Part shown: piece by piece, positions 14,301 through 28,122 of the stretch | Position numbering within the stretch: the stretch's first letter is position 1 | Layout of the letters: each line of letters opens with the position of its first letter | NCBI GenBank assembly: GCA_951406725.2 | Contig: OX597828.1 | Span: forward strand, 37,014,001-37,078,000 | Reading direction: 5' to 3' | DNA from: Octopus vulgaris | Taxonomy: Eukaryota | Length of the DNA stretch: 64,000 bases | The notes under the pieces: model-generated | The model's input: only the letters and a program-made list of their open reading frames with translations | Told to the model about the DNA's origin: nothing | Databases searched by the model: none | Program-made: the position numbers and the translations under genes

Positions 14301-15695
14301 AGCCAAGTCAAATAGCCAAGCCAAATAGCCGAGCAAAATAGCCAAGCCAAAAAGCCAAGTCAAAAAGCCAATCCAAATAGACTGGCTTATAGCGAACCCA
14401 AATAGACCTTATAGCGAACCCAAACAGTAAACACAAATAGCCAACCCAAATAGACAAGCCAAATATCAAAGCCAAATAGTAAACCAAAATAGCCAACCCA
14501 AATAGCAAATTCAAATAGCCAAGACAAATAGCCAAGCCAAAAAGAAAAGCCAAATAGCCAAGACAAAATCCAACCCAAAAAGCAAAGAAAAATATCCAAC
14601 ACAAATAGCCAAGCCAAACAGCCAAGCCAAATAGCCAAGCCAAATAGCCAACCCAAATAGCCTAGCCAAATAGCTAAGCCAAACATATAACCCAAGTAGC
14701 AAACCCAAAAAGGCAAGCCAAATATTAAATTAAATAGCCAAGCCAAATAGCCAAGCCAAATAGCCAAGCCAAATAGCCAAGCCAAATAGCCAACACAAAT
14801 AGCCAACCCAAATAGCCAACCCAAATAGCCAACCCAAATAGCCAAGCCAAATAGCCAAGCCAAATAGCCAAGCCAAATAGCCAAGCCAAATAGCCAACCC
14901 AAATAGCGAACCCAAATAGACAACCCAAACTGTAAACACAAATAGAGAAGCCAAATAGCAAATAGCAAAGCCAAATAGCAAACCAAAATAGCCAACCAAA
15001 TAGCAAATTCAAATAGCCAAGCCCAAATAGCCAAGCCAAAAAGAAAAGCCAAATAGCCTAGCTAAATAACCAACCCAAAAAGCAAAGAAAAATAGCCAAC
15101 ACAAATAGCCAAGCCAAATCGCAAAGCCAAATAGCCAACCCAAATAGCCTAGCCAAATAGCTAAGCCAAATAAATTCAAATAGCCAAGACAAATAACCAA
15201 GCCAAATAGCTAAGCCAAGTAGCCAAGCCAAAGAGCCAACACAAATAGCCAACCCAAATAGCCTAGCCAAATAGCCAAGTCAAATAGCCAACCCAAATAG
15301 CCAACCCAAATAGCCAACCCAAATAGCCTAGCCAAATAGCCAAGCCAAATAGCCGATCCAAATAGCCATCCCAAATAGCCAACCAAAATAGCCTGGGTTA
15401 ATAGCCATGCCAAATAGCCAACCCAAATAGCCAAGCCAAATAGCCAAGCCAAATAGCAAACCCAAATAGCCAACCAAAATAGCCAACCCAAATAGCCAAG
15501 CCAAAAACCAAGCTAAATAGCGAAGCAAAATAGCCAACCCAAATAGCTTACCCAGATAGCCTAGCCAAATAGCCAAGACAAATAGCCTAGCCAAATAACC
15601 AATCCAAATAGCCGAGCCAAATAGCCAAGTGAAAAAGCCAAGCCAAATAGACTGGCCTAATAGCGAACCCAAATAGCCAACGCAAACAAATAGTA

Positions 15696-18600
15696 ACACA
15701 AATAGCCAACCCAAATAGAGAAGCCAAATAGCAAAGCCAAAATAGCTAAGCCAAAAGAAAAGCCAAATAGCCTAGCCAAAATATTAAACCAAAATAGTAA
15801 ACCAAAATAGTAAAACAAAATAGTAAACCAAAATAACCAACCCAAATAGCAAATTCAAATAGCCAAGCCAAATAGCCAGGCCAAAAAAGAAAAGCCAAAT
15901 AACCTAGCCAAAAAGCCAACACAAATAGCAAAGAAAAATAGCCAACACAAATAGCCAAGCCAAATAGCCAAGCCAAATAGCCAAGCCAAATAGCCAACCC
16001 AAATAGCCTAGCCAAATAGCCAAGCCAAATAGCCAACCCAAATAGCAAACCCAAATAGCCAAGCCAAATATTAAAGCCAAATAGCCAAGCCAAATAGCCA
16101 AGCCAAATAGCCAAGCCAAATAGCCAAGCCAAATAGCTAACCCAAATAGCCAACCCAAATAGCCTAGCCAAATAGCCAAGCCAAATAGCCAGCCAAATAG
16201 CCAACCCAAATAGCCAACCCAAATAGCCTGCCAAATAGCCAAACCAAATAGCCAACCCAAACAGCCAAATACAAATAGCCAACCCAAATAGAAAAGCCAA
16301 GCCAAGCCAAATAGCAAACCCAAATACCAAATTCAAATAGCCAAGCCAAATAGCCAAGCCAAAAAGCCAAGCCAAAAGCCAAGCCAAATAGCCAAGCAAA
16401 ATAGCCAAACTAAATAGCCTACCCAAATAGCCTAGCCAAATAGCCCAGCCAAATTGCCAAGCCAAATTGCCAAGCCAAATAGCCAAGCAAAATAGCCAAC
16501 CCAAATAGCCAACCCAAATAGCCTAGCCTAATAGCCAAGCCAAATAGCCAAGCCAAATAGCCAAGCCAAATAGCCAAGCCAAATAGCAAAGCCAAAACGC
16601 GAAGACAAATAGCCTGGCCTAATAGCGAACCCAAATAGCCAACCCAAACAGAAAACACAAATAGCCAACCCAAATAGAGAAGCCAAATAGCAAAGCCAAA
16701 TAGCAAACAAAAAATAGCCAACCCAAATACCAAATTCAAATAGCCAAGCCAAAAAGCCAACCCAAATAGCAAAGAAAAATACCCAAAACAAATAGCCAAG
16801 CAAAATAGCCAAGCCAAATAGCCAACGCAAATAGCCTAGCCAAATAGCTAAGCGAAATATATAACCCAAATAGCAAGCCCAAAAAGACAAGCCAAATATT
16901 AAATTCAAATAGCCAAGCCAAATAGCCAAGCCAGATAGCTAAGGCAAGTAGCCAAGCCAAATAGCCAACCCAAATAGCCAACCCAATTAGCCCAGCAAAA
17001 TAGCGAAGCCAAATAACTGCGCCAAATAGCCATGCAAAATAGCCAAGCATAATAGCCAACCCAAATAGCCTGGCCTAAATGCCAAGCCAAATAGCCAACC
17101 CAAACAGCAAACACAAATAGCCAACCCAACAAGACAAGCCAAATAGCCAAGCCAAATAGCAAACCTAAATAGCTAACCCAAATAGCCCTAGCCAAATAGC
17201 TAAGCCAAATATCCAACTAAAATGGCAAACCCAAATAGCCAACCCAAATAGCGATCCCAAACAGATAACCCAAATAGCCAAGACAAATAGCCAAGCCCAA
17301 ATAGCCTAGCCAAATAGCCAACCCAAAAGCCAAGCCAAATAGCCAACTCAAATAGCTAACCCAAATAGCCAACCCAAATAACCTACCCAAATAGCCTAGC
17401 CAAATAGCTAAGCAAATAGCCAACCCAAATAGCCAACCCAAATAGCCAAGCCAAATAGCCAACCCAAATAGCCAACCCAAATAGCCAACCCAAATAGCCA
17501 ACCCAAATAGCCAGCCCAAATAGCCAAACCAAAAAGCCTAGCCAAATATTTAAGCCAAATATCCAACCCAAATAGCAAACCCAAATAGCCAACCCAAATA
17601 GAAAACCCAAATAGCCAAGCCAAGTAGCCAAGCCAAATAGCAAAGCCAAGTAGCCAAGCCAAATAGTCAACCCAAATAGCCAACCCAAATAGCGTAGCCA
17701 AATAGCCAAGCGAAATAGCCAAGCCAAATAGCAAACCCAAATAGCCTAGACTAATAGACAAGCAAAATAGGCAAGCAAAATGGCCAAGCCAAATAGCCAA
17801 GCCAAGCCAAAAAGCCAAGCCAAAAAGCCAAGCCAAATAGCTAAACCAAATAGCCAAATAGCGAACCCAAACAGTAAACACAAATAGCCAACCCAAATAG
17901 TGAAGCCAAATAGCAAAGCCAAATAGCAAACCAATATAGCCAACCCAAATAGCAAATTCAAATAGCGAAGCCAAATATCCAAGCCAAAATGAAAAGCCAA
18001 ATAGCCTAGCCAAAAAGCCAACACAAATAGCAAAAACAAATAGCCAAGCCAAATAGCCAACCCAAATAGCCTAGCCAAATAGCTAAGCCAAATATATAGC
18101 CCAAATAGCAAACCCAAATAGCCAAGCCAAATATTAAAATCAAATAGCCAAGCCAAATAGCTAAGCCAAATAGCCAAGCCAAATAGCCAACCCAAATAGC
18201 CAACCCAAATAGCCTAGCCAAATAGCCAAGCCAAATAGCCAAGCCAAATAGCCAAGCCAAATAGCCAACCCAAATAGCCTGGGCTAATAGCCAAGCCAAA
18301 TAGCCAACCAAAACAGCAAACACAAATAGCCAACACTACAAGACAAGCCAAATAGCCAAGCCAAATAGCAAACCCAAATAGCCAACCCAAATACCAAATT
18401 CGAATAGCCAAGCCAAATAGCCAAGCCAAAAAGCCAAGCCAAATAGCCAAGCAAAATAGCCAACCCAAATAGCCTAGCAAAATAGCCAAGCCAAAAGCAA
18501 AAGCCAAATAGCCAAGCAAAATAGCCAACCCAAATAGCCAGCCCAAATAGCCAAGTCAAGTAGCCAAACCAAAAAGCCTAGCCAAATAGCAAACCAAATA

Positions 18601-21600
18601 TCCAACGCAAATAGCAAACACAAATAGCCAACCCAAATAGCTAAGCCAAATAGCCAAGCGAAATAGCCAAGCCAAATAGCCAAGCCAAATAGCCAAGCAA
18701 AATAGTCAACTCAAAAGCCAACCCAAATAGCCTAGCCAAATAGCCAAGCCAAATAGCCAAGCCAAATAGCCCACCCAAATAACATAGACAAATAGTCAAG
18801 CCAAATAGCCGAGCCAAAAAGGCAAGCCAAATAGCCAAGCCAAATAGCCCACCCAAATAACCTAGACAAATAGTCAAGCCAAATAGCCGAGCCAAAAAGG
18901 CAAGCCAAATAGCCAAGCCAAATAGCCAACCCAAATAGCTGGCCTAATTGCCAAGCCAAATAGCCAACCCAAACAGCAAACACAAATGGCCAACCCATAT
19001 AGCGATCCCAAACAGATAACCCAAATAGCCGAGACAAATAGCTAAGCCAAATAGCGGACCCAAATAGCAAACCCAAATAGTCAACCCAAATACCCATGCA
19101 ATTTTAGTAGGATATTTGCCTTGGCTATTTCGGTTGGGTATTTGGGTTTGCTATTTGGTTTGGCTACTGATTTGGTTGGGGTTGGCTTTTTGTGTTTGAT
19201 ATTTCTTCGCGAACCCAAATAGCGAACCCAAATAGCCAAACCCAAAACCCAAGCAATTTGAGTTGGCTTTTTGGCTTGGCAATATTTCGGTTGGCTTATT
19301 TGGGTTTGCTATTTGGTTTGGCTATTTACATTTAGGCTATTTGGGTTGGCTTTTCGGGGTTGCTATTTGACTTCGAAGCTAAATAGCGAACCCAAATAGC
19401 CAACACAAATAGCCAACCCAAATAGCCAAGTCAAATAGCCAAACGAAATAGCCTAGCCAAATAGCTAAGTCAAATAGCAAATTCAAATAGCCAAGCCAAA
19501 TTGCCAAGCCAAAAAGCCAAGCCAAATAGCCAACAAAATATCCAACCCAAATAGCCAACCCAAATTGCCTAGCCAAATAGCCAAACCAAATAGCCAAGCC
19601 AAATAGCCAAGCAAAAAAGCAAACTAAATAGCCAAGCAAAATAGCCTGGCCTAATAGCCAACCCAAATAGCCAACCCAAACAGCAAACACAAATAGGCAA
19701 CCCAAATAGACAAGCCAAATAGCCAAGCCAAAAAGCAAACCCAAATAGCCAACCCAAATAGCAAACACAAATAGCCAAGCCAAATAAACAACCTAAAAAG
19801 AAAAGCCAAATAGCCTAGCCAAAAAGCCAACCCAAATAGCAAAGAAAAATAGCCAACACAAATAGCCAAGCCAAAAGCCAAGCCAAATAGCCAACCCAAA
19901 TAGCCTAGCCTAGCTAAGGCAAATTTCCAACCCAAATAGCAAACCCAAATAGCCAAGCCAAGTAGCCAAGCCAAATAGCCAACCCGAATAGCCAAACAAA
20001 ATAGCCAAGCCAAATAGCCAACCCAGATAGCCAAGCCAAAAAGACGAGCCAAAAAATCCAAGCCAAATAGCCAACCCAAATAGCCAACCCAAGTAGCCAA
20101 GCCAAATAGCAACCCAAATAGCCAACCCAAGTAGCCAAGCCAAATAGCCAAGCCAAATAGCCAAGAAAAAATAGCCAACCCAAATAGCAAATTTAAATAG
20201 CCAAGCAAAATAGACAAGCCAAAAAGAAAAAACCAAATAGCGTAGCCAAAATAGCGTAGCCAACCCAAATAGCAAAGAAAAATAGCCAACACAATTAGCC
20301 AAGCCAAATAGCCAAGCCAAATAGCCAACCAATATAGCCTAGCCAAATTGCCAAGCCAAATATCCAACCAAAATAGCAAACCCAAATAGCCAACCCAAAT
20401 AGCAAATTCAAATAGCCAAGCCAAATAGCCTTGCCAAAAAGCCAACCCAAATAGCCTTGCCAAATAGCCAAGCCAAATAGCCGAGACAAATAGCCAAGCC
20501 AAATAGCCAAGCCAAATAGCCAACCCAGATAGCCTGGTCTAATAGCCAAGCCAAATAGCCAACCTAAACAGCGAACACAAATAGCCAACCCAAATAGAGA
20601 AGCCAAATAGCAAAGCCAAAATAGCTAAGCCAAAAAGAAAAGCCAAATAGCCTAGCCAAAATATTAAACCAAAATAGTAAACCAAAATAGTAAAACAAAA
20701 TAGTAAACCAAAATAACCAACCCAAATAGCAAATTCAAATAGCCAAGCCAAATAGCCAGGCCAAAAAGAAAAGCCAAATAACCTAGCCAAAAAGCCAACA
20801 CAAATAGCAAAGAAAAATAGCCAACACAAATAGCCAAATAGCCAAGCCAAATAGCCAAGCCAAATAGCCAACCCAAATAGCCTAGCCAAATAGCTAAGCC
20901 AAATATATAACCCAAATAGCAATCCCAAAAAGCCAAGCCAAATATTAAATTCAAATAGCCAAGCCAAATAGCCAAGCCAAATAGCTAAGCCAAGTAGCCA
21001 AGCCAAATAGCCAATCAAAATAGCCTAGCCAAATAGCCTAGCCAAATAGCCAAGCCAAATAGCCGAGCCAAATCGCCAACCCAAATAGCCAACCCAAATA
21101 GCCAAGCAAATAGCCAAATAGCCAACCCAAACAGCAAATACAAATAGCCAACCCAACAAGAAAAGCCAAGCTAAGCCAAATAGCAAACCCAAATACCAAA
21201 TTCAAATAGCCAAGCCAAATAGCCAAGCCAAAAAGCCAAGCCAAAAAGCCAAGCCAAATAGCCAAGCAAAATAGCCAAACTAAATAGCCTACCCAAATAG
21301 CCTAGCCAAATAGCCCAGCCAAATTGCCAAGCCAAATTGCCAAGCCAAATAGCCATGCAAAATAGCCAACCCAGATAGGCAACCCAAATAGCCTAGCCTA
21401 ATAGCCAAGCCAAATAGCCAAGCCAAATAGCCAGGCCAAATAGCCAAGCCAAATAGCAAAGCCAAAACGCGAAGACAAATAGCCTGGCCTAATAGCGAAC
21501 CCAAATAGCCAACCCAAACAGAAAACACAAATAGCCAACCCAAATAGAGAAGCCAAATAGCAAAGCCAAATAGCAAACAAAAATAGCCAACCGAAATACC

Positions 21601-24600
21601 AAATTCAAATAGCCAAGCCAAAAAGCCAACCCAAATAGCAAAGAAAAATACCCAAAACAAATAGCCAAGCAAAATAGCCAAGCCAAATAGCCAACGCAAA
21701 TAGCCTAGCCAAATAGCTAAGCGAAATATATAACCCAAATAGCAAGCCCAAAAAGACAAGCCAAATATTAAATTCAAATAGCCAAGCCAAATAGCCAAGC
21801 CAGATAGCTAAGGCAAGTAGCCAAGCCAAATAGCCAACCCAAATAGCCAACCCAATTAGCCCAGCAAAATAGCGAAGCCAAATAACTGCGCCAAATAGCC
21901 ATGCAAAATAGCCAAGCATAATAGCCAACCCAAATAGCCTGGCCTAAATGCCAAGCCAAATAGCCAACCCAAACAGCAAACACAAATAGCCAACCCAACA
22001 AGACAAGCCAAATAGCCAAGCCAAATAGCAAACCTAAATAGCTAACCCAAATAGCCCTAGCCAAATAGCTAAGCCAAATATCCAACTAAAATGGCAAACC
22101 CAAATAGCCAACCCAAATAGCGATCCCAAACAGATAACCCAAATAGCCAAGACAAATAGCTAAGCCAAATAGCGGACCCAAATAGAAAACCCAAATAGCC
22201 AACCCAAATACCCAAGCTATTTGATTTGGATATTTGGCTTGACTATTTCTCTTGGCTATTTGGTTTTTGTATTTTTTATGGCTACTTGATTTGGCTATTT
22301 GGGTTGGCTTTTTGTGTTTGCTATTTGTCTTCACGAACCCAAATAGCTATTTCGGTTGGATATTTGGGTTTGCTATTTGGTTCGCCTACTTGCCTAGGCT
22401 ATTTGGGTTGGCTTTTTGGGTTTGCTATTTGGCTTCGCGAAGCTAAATTGCGAACAAAAATAGCCAACACAAATAGCCAGCCCAAATAGCCAAACCAAAA
22501 AGCCTAGCCAAATATTTAAGCCAAATATCCAACCCAAATAGCAAACCCAAAATGCCAAGCCAAATAGAAAATTCAAATAGCCAAGCCAAGTAGCCAAGCC
22601 AAATAGCAAAGCCAAGTAGCCAAGCCAAATAGTCAACCCAAATAGCCAACCCAAATAGCGTAGCCAAATAGCCAAGCGAAATAGCCAAGCCAAATAGCAA
22701 ACCCAAATAGCCTAGACTAATAGACAAGCAAAATAGGCAAGCAAAATGGCCAAGCCAAATAGCCAAGCCAAGCCAAAAAGCCAAGCCAAAAAGCCAAGCC
22801 AAATAGCTAAACCAAATAGCCAAATAGCGAACCCAAACAGTAAACACAAATAGCCAACCCAAATAGTGAAGCCAAATAGCAAAGCCAAATAGCAAACCAA
22901 TATAGCCAACCCAAATAGCAAATTCAAATAGCGAAGCCAAATATCCAAGCCAAAATGAAAAGCCAAATAGCCTAGCCAAAAAGCCAACACAAATAGCAAA
23001 AACAAATAGCCAAGCCAAATAGCCAACCGAAATAGCCTAGCCAAATAGCTAAGCCAAATATATAGCCCAAATAGCAAACCTAAAAGCCAAGCCAAATATT
23101 AAAATCAAATAGCCAAGCCAAATAGCTAAGCCAAGTAGCCAAGCCAAACAGCCAACCCAAATAGCCAACCCAAATAGCCTAGACAAATAGCCAAGCCAAA
23201 TAGCCAAGCAAAATAGCCAAGCAAAATAGCCAACCCAAATAGCCTGGGCTAATAGCCAAGCCAAAAAGCCAACCAAAACAGCAAACACAAATAGCCAACA
23301 CTACAAGACAAGCCAAATAGCCAAGCCAAATAGCAAACCCAAATAGCCAACCCAAATACCAAATTCGAATAGCCAAGCCAAATAGCCAAACCAAAAAGCC
23401 AAGCCAAATAGCCAAGCAAAATAGCCAACCCAAATAGCCTAGCAAAATAGCCAAGCCAAAAAGCAAAAGCCAAATAGCCAAGCAAAATAGCCAACCCAAA
23501 TAGCCAGCCCAAATAGCCAAGTCAAGTAGCCAAACCAAAAAGCCTAGCCAAATAGCAAACCAAATATCCAACGCAAATAGCAAACCCAAAATGCCAAGCC
23601 AAATAGCAAATTCAAATAGCCAAGCGAAATAGCCAAGCGAAATAGCCAAGCCAAGTAGCCAAGCAAAATAGTCAACTCAAAAAGCCAACCCAAATAGCCT
23701 AGCCAAATAGCCAAGCCAAATAGCCAAGCCAAATAGCCCACCCAAATAACATAGACAAATAGTCAAGCCAAATAGCCGAGCCAAAAAGGCAAGCCAAATA
23801 GCCAAGCCAAATAGCCCACCCAAATAACCTAGACAAATAGTCAAGCCAAATAGCCGAGCCAAAAAGGCAAGCCAAATAGCCAAGCCAAATAGCCAACCCA
23901 AATAGCTGGCCTAATTGCCAAGCCAAATAGCCAACCCAAACAGCAAACACAAATGGCCAACCCATATAGCGATCCCAAACAGATAACCCAAATAGCCGAG
24001 ACAAATAGCTAAGCCAAATAGCGGACCCAAATAGCAAACCCAAATAGTCAACCCAAATACCCATGCAATTTTAGTAGGATATTTGCCTTGGCTATTTCGG
24101 TTGGCTATTTGGGTTTGCTATTTGGTTTGGCTACTGGATTTGGCTATTGGGGTTGGCTTTTTGTGTTTGATATTTCTCTTCGCGAACCCAAATAGCGAAC
24201 CCAAATAGCCAAACAAAATACCCAAGCAATTTGAGTTGGCTTTTTGGCTCGGCTATTTCGGTTGGCTATTTGGGTTTGCTATTTGGTTTAGCTACTTGGC
24301 TAGGCTATTTGGGTTGGCTTTTCGGGGTTGCTATTTGACTTCGCGAAGCTAAATAGCGAACCCAAATAGCCAACACAAATAGCCCGCCCAAATAGCCAAG
24401 TCAAATAGCCAAACGAAATAGCCTAGCCAAATAGCTAAGTCAAATAGCAAATTCAAATAGCCAAGCCAAATTGCCAAGCCAAAAAGCCAAGCCAAATAGC
24501 CAAGCAAAATATCCAACCCAAATAGCCAACCCAAATTGCCTAGCTAAATAGCCAAACCAAATAGCCAAGCCAAATAGCCAAGCAAAAAAGCAAACTAAAT

Positions 24601-25560
24601 AGCCAAGCAAAATAGCCTGGCCTAATAGCCAACCCAAATAGCCAACCCAAACAGCAAACACAAATAGGCAACCCAAATAGACAAGCCAAATAGCCAAGCC
24701 AAAAAGCAAACCCAAATAGCCAACCCAAATAGCAAACACAAATAGCCAAGCCAAATAAACAACCTAAAAAGAAAAGCCAAATAGCCTAGCCAAAAAGCCA
24801 ACCCAAATAGCAAAGAAAAATAGCCAACACAAATAGCCAAGCCAAAAGCCAAGCCAAATAGCCAACCCAAATAGCCTAGCCTAGCTAAGGCAAATTTCCA
24901 ACCCAAATAGCAAACTCCAAATAGCCAAGCCAAGTAGCCAAGCCAAATAGCCAACCTGAATAGCCAAACAAAATAGCCAAGCCAAATAGCCAACCCAGAT
25001 AGCCAAGCCAAAAAGACGAGCCAAAAAATCCAAGCCAAATAGCCAACCGAAATAGCCAAGCCAAGTAGCCAAGCCAAATAGTCAACCCAAATAGCCAACA
25101 CAAATAGCGTAGCCAAATAGCCAAGCCAAATAGCCAAGCAAAAATAGCCGACCCAAATAGCAAATTTAAATAGCCAAGCAAAATAGACAAGCCAAAAAGA
25201 AAAACCAAATAGCGTAGCCAAAATAGCGTAGCCAACCCAAATAGCAAAGAAAAATAGCCAACACAATTAGCCAAGCCAAATAGCCAAGCCAAATAGCCAA
25301 CCAATATAGCCTAGCCAAATTGCTAAGCCAAATATCCAACCAAAATAGCAAACCCAAATAGCCAACCCAAATAGCAAATTCAAATAGCCAAGCCAAATAG
25401 CCTTGCCAAAAAGCCAACCCAAATAGCCTTGCCAAATAGCCAAGCCAAATAGCCGAGACAAATAGCCAAGCCAAATAGCCAAGCCAAATAGCCAACCCAG
25501 ATAGCCTGGTCTAATAGCCAAGCCAAATAGCCAACCCAAACAGCGAACACAAATAGCCAA
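15696..25560 (+). repeat. ~4.9-kb tandem duplication within the satellite (copy A ~15696-20575, copy B ~20576-25560)
   Basis: Identical translated ORFs at 16736-17059 vs 21605-21928 (offset 4869) and 18732-19097 vs 23699-24064 (offset 4967). Shared rare motifs aatattaaaccaaaatagtaaacc (15780/20660) and cccagatagcctggtctaatag (20524/25496). Confidence 0.9.
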
Positions 25561-28122
25561 CCCAACAAGACAAACAAAATAGCAAAGCCAAATAGCAAAC
25601 CGAAATAGCCAACCCAAATACCAAATTCAAATAGCCAAACCAAAAAGCCAAGCCATAAAGCCAACCCAAATAGCCTTGCCAAATACCCAAGCCAAATAGC
25701 CAAGCCGAATTGCCAAGCCAAATAGCCTAGCGAAATAACTAAGCGAAATATCCAACACAAATAGCAAACCCAAATAGCGAAGCCAAATAGCCAAGCCAAA
25801 TAGTCAGCCCAAAAAGCCAACCCAAACAGCAAACACAAATAGCCAACCCAAATAGACAAGCCAAATAGCCAAGCCTAAAAGCAAACCCAAATAGCCAACC
25901 CAAATAGCAAACACAAATAGCCAAGCCATATAAACAACCCAAATAGACAAGCCAAATAGCCAAGCCAAAAAGCAAACCCAAATAGCCAACTCAAACATGC
26001 TATCCAACCTGCTAAGCCAAATATCCAACCCAAATTGTAAACCCAAATAGCCAACCATAATAGCAAACCCATATAGCCAACCCAAATAGCGATCCCAAAC
26101 AGATAACCCAAATAGCCAAGCCAAATAGCCAATCCAAATAGCCAACCCAAAGAGGCAAACAAAATAGCCAACCCAAATAGCAAACCCAAATAGCCTAGCC
26201 AAATAGATTTTTGGGTTTGCTATTTTGCTTGGCTATTTGTCTAGGCTATTTGGGTCATCTGTTTGGGATCGCTATTTGGGTTGGCTATTTGGCTTTGCTA
26301 TTGTGGTTGGCTATTTGTGTTGGCTATTTCGGTTTGCTATTTGGGTCCGCTATTTGGCTTAGCTATTTGTCTAGGCTATTTGGGTTATCTGTTTGGGATC
26401 GCTATTTGGGTTGGCTATTTGGGTTTGCTATTTTGGTTGGAAATTTGGCTTAGCTATTTAGCTAGGCTATTTGGGTTGGCTATTTGGGTTTGCTTTTTGG
26501 CTTGGTTATTCGGCTTGTCTATTTGGGTTGGCTATTTGTGTTTGATGTTTGGGTTGGGTATTTGTGTTCGCTATTAGGCCAGGCTATTTGGATTGGCTAT
26601 TTGGCTTGGCTATTTGGCTTGGCTATTTGGCTTGGCTATTTGGCTTGGCTATTTAGCTTGGCTATTTGGCTTGGCTATTAGGCTAGGCTATTTGGGTTGG
26701 CTATTTGTGTTTGCTTTTTGGATTGGCTATTTGGCTTGTCTATTTGGGTTGGCTATATGTGTTTGCTATTTTGGTTGGCTATTTGGTTTGGCTATTTGGG
26801 GTTGCTATTTTGCTTCGCTATTTGGCTTGGCTATTTGGCTTTTTGGGTTCGCTATTTGGGTTCGCGACGCCAAATAGCACACCCAAAATGCCAACCCAAA
26901 TAGCCAAGGCAAGTAGCCAAACCAAATAGCAAACCCAAATAGACAAGCCAAATAGCCAAGCCAAAAATCAAACCCAAATAGAAAAGCCAAATAGCCAAGC
27001 CAAAAAGCAAACCCAAATAGCCAACCTATATAGCGTAGCCTAATAGCCAAGCCAAATAGCAAAGCCAAATATCCAAGCCAAAAAGCCAAGCCAAATAGCC
27101 TGGCCTAATAGCGAACACAAAGAGCCAACCCAAACATCAAACACAAATAGCCAACCCAAATAGACTAGCCCAATAGCCAAGCCAAAAAGCAAACCCAAAT
27201 AGCCAACCCAAATAGCCTAGCCAAATAGCTAAGGCAAATATCCAACCAAAATAGCAAACCCAAAAAGCCAACCTAAATAGCGATCCCAAACAGATAACCC
27301 AAATAGCCTAGACAAATAGCTAAGCCAAATAGCGGACCCAAATAGCAAACCCAAATAGTCAACCCAAATACCCAAGCAATTTGAGTTGGATATTTGGCTT
27401 GGCCATTTCGGTTGGCTATTTGGGTTTGCTATTTGGTTTGGCTACTTGATTTGGCTATTTGGGTTGGCATTTTATGTTTGCTATTTGTCTTCGCGAACCC
27501 AAATAGCCAAACCAAATACCCAAGCAATTTGAGTTGGCTTTATGGCTCGGCTATTTCGGTTGGCTATTTGGGTTTGCTATTTGGTTTAGCTACTTGGCTA
27601 GGGTATTTGGGTTTGCTATTTGGTTTCCCGAACAAAATTGCGAACAAAAATAGCCAACACAAATAGCCAGCCCAAATAGCCAAGTCAAATAGCCAAACCA
27701 AATAGCCTAGCCAAATAGCTTAGTGAAATAGCAAATTCAAATAGCCAACCAAATAGCGACGCCAAAAAGCAAAGCTAAATAGCCAAGCCAAATAGCCTGG
27801 CCTAATAGCCAACCCCAATAACCAGCCCAAATAGCCAGGACAAAGATCCAAACCAAATAGCCTAGCCAAATAGCTATGTCAAATAGCAAATTCAAATAGC
27901 CAAGCCAAATAGCCAAGCAAAAAAGCAAACTAAATAGCCAAGCAAAATAGCCTGGACGATTAGCCAACCCAAATAGCCAACCCAAACCGCAAACACAAAT
28001 AGGCAACCCAGATAGACAAGCCAAATAGCCAAGCCAAAAAGCAAACCCAAATAGCCAACCGAAATAGCAAACACAAATAGCCAAGCCAAATAAACAACCA
28101 AAAAAGAAAAGCCAAATAGCCT

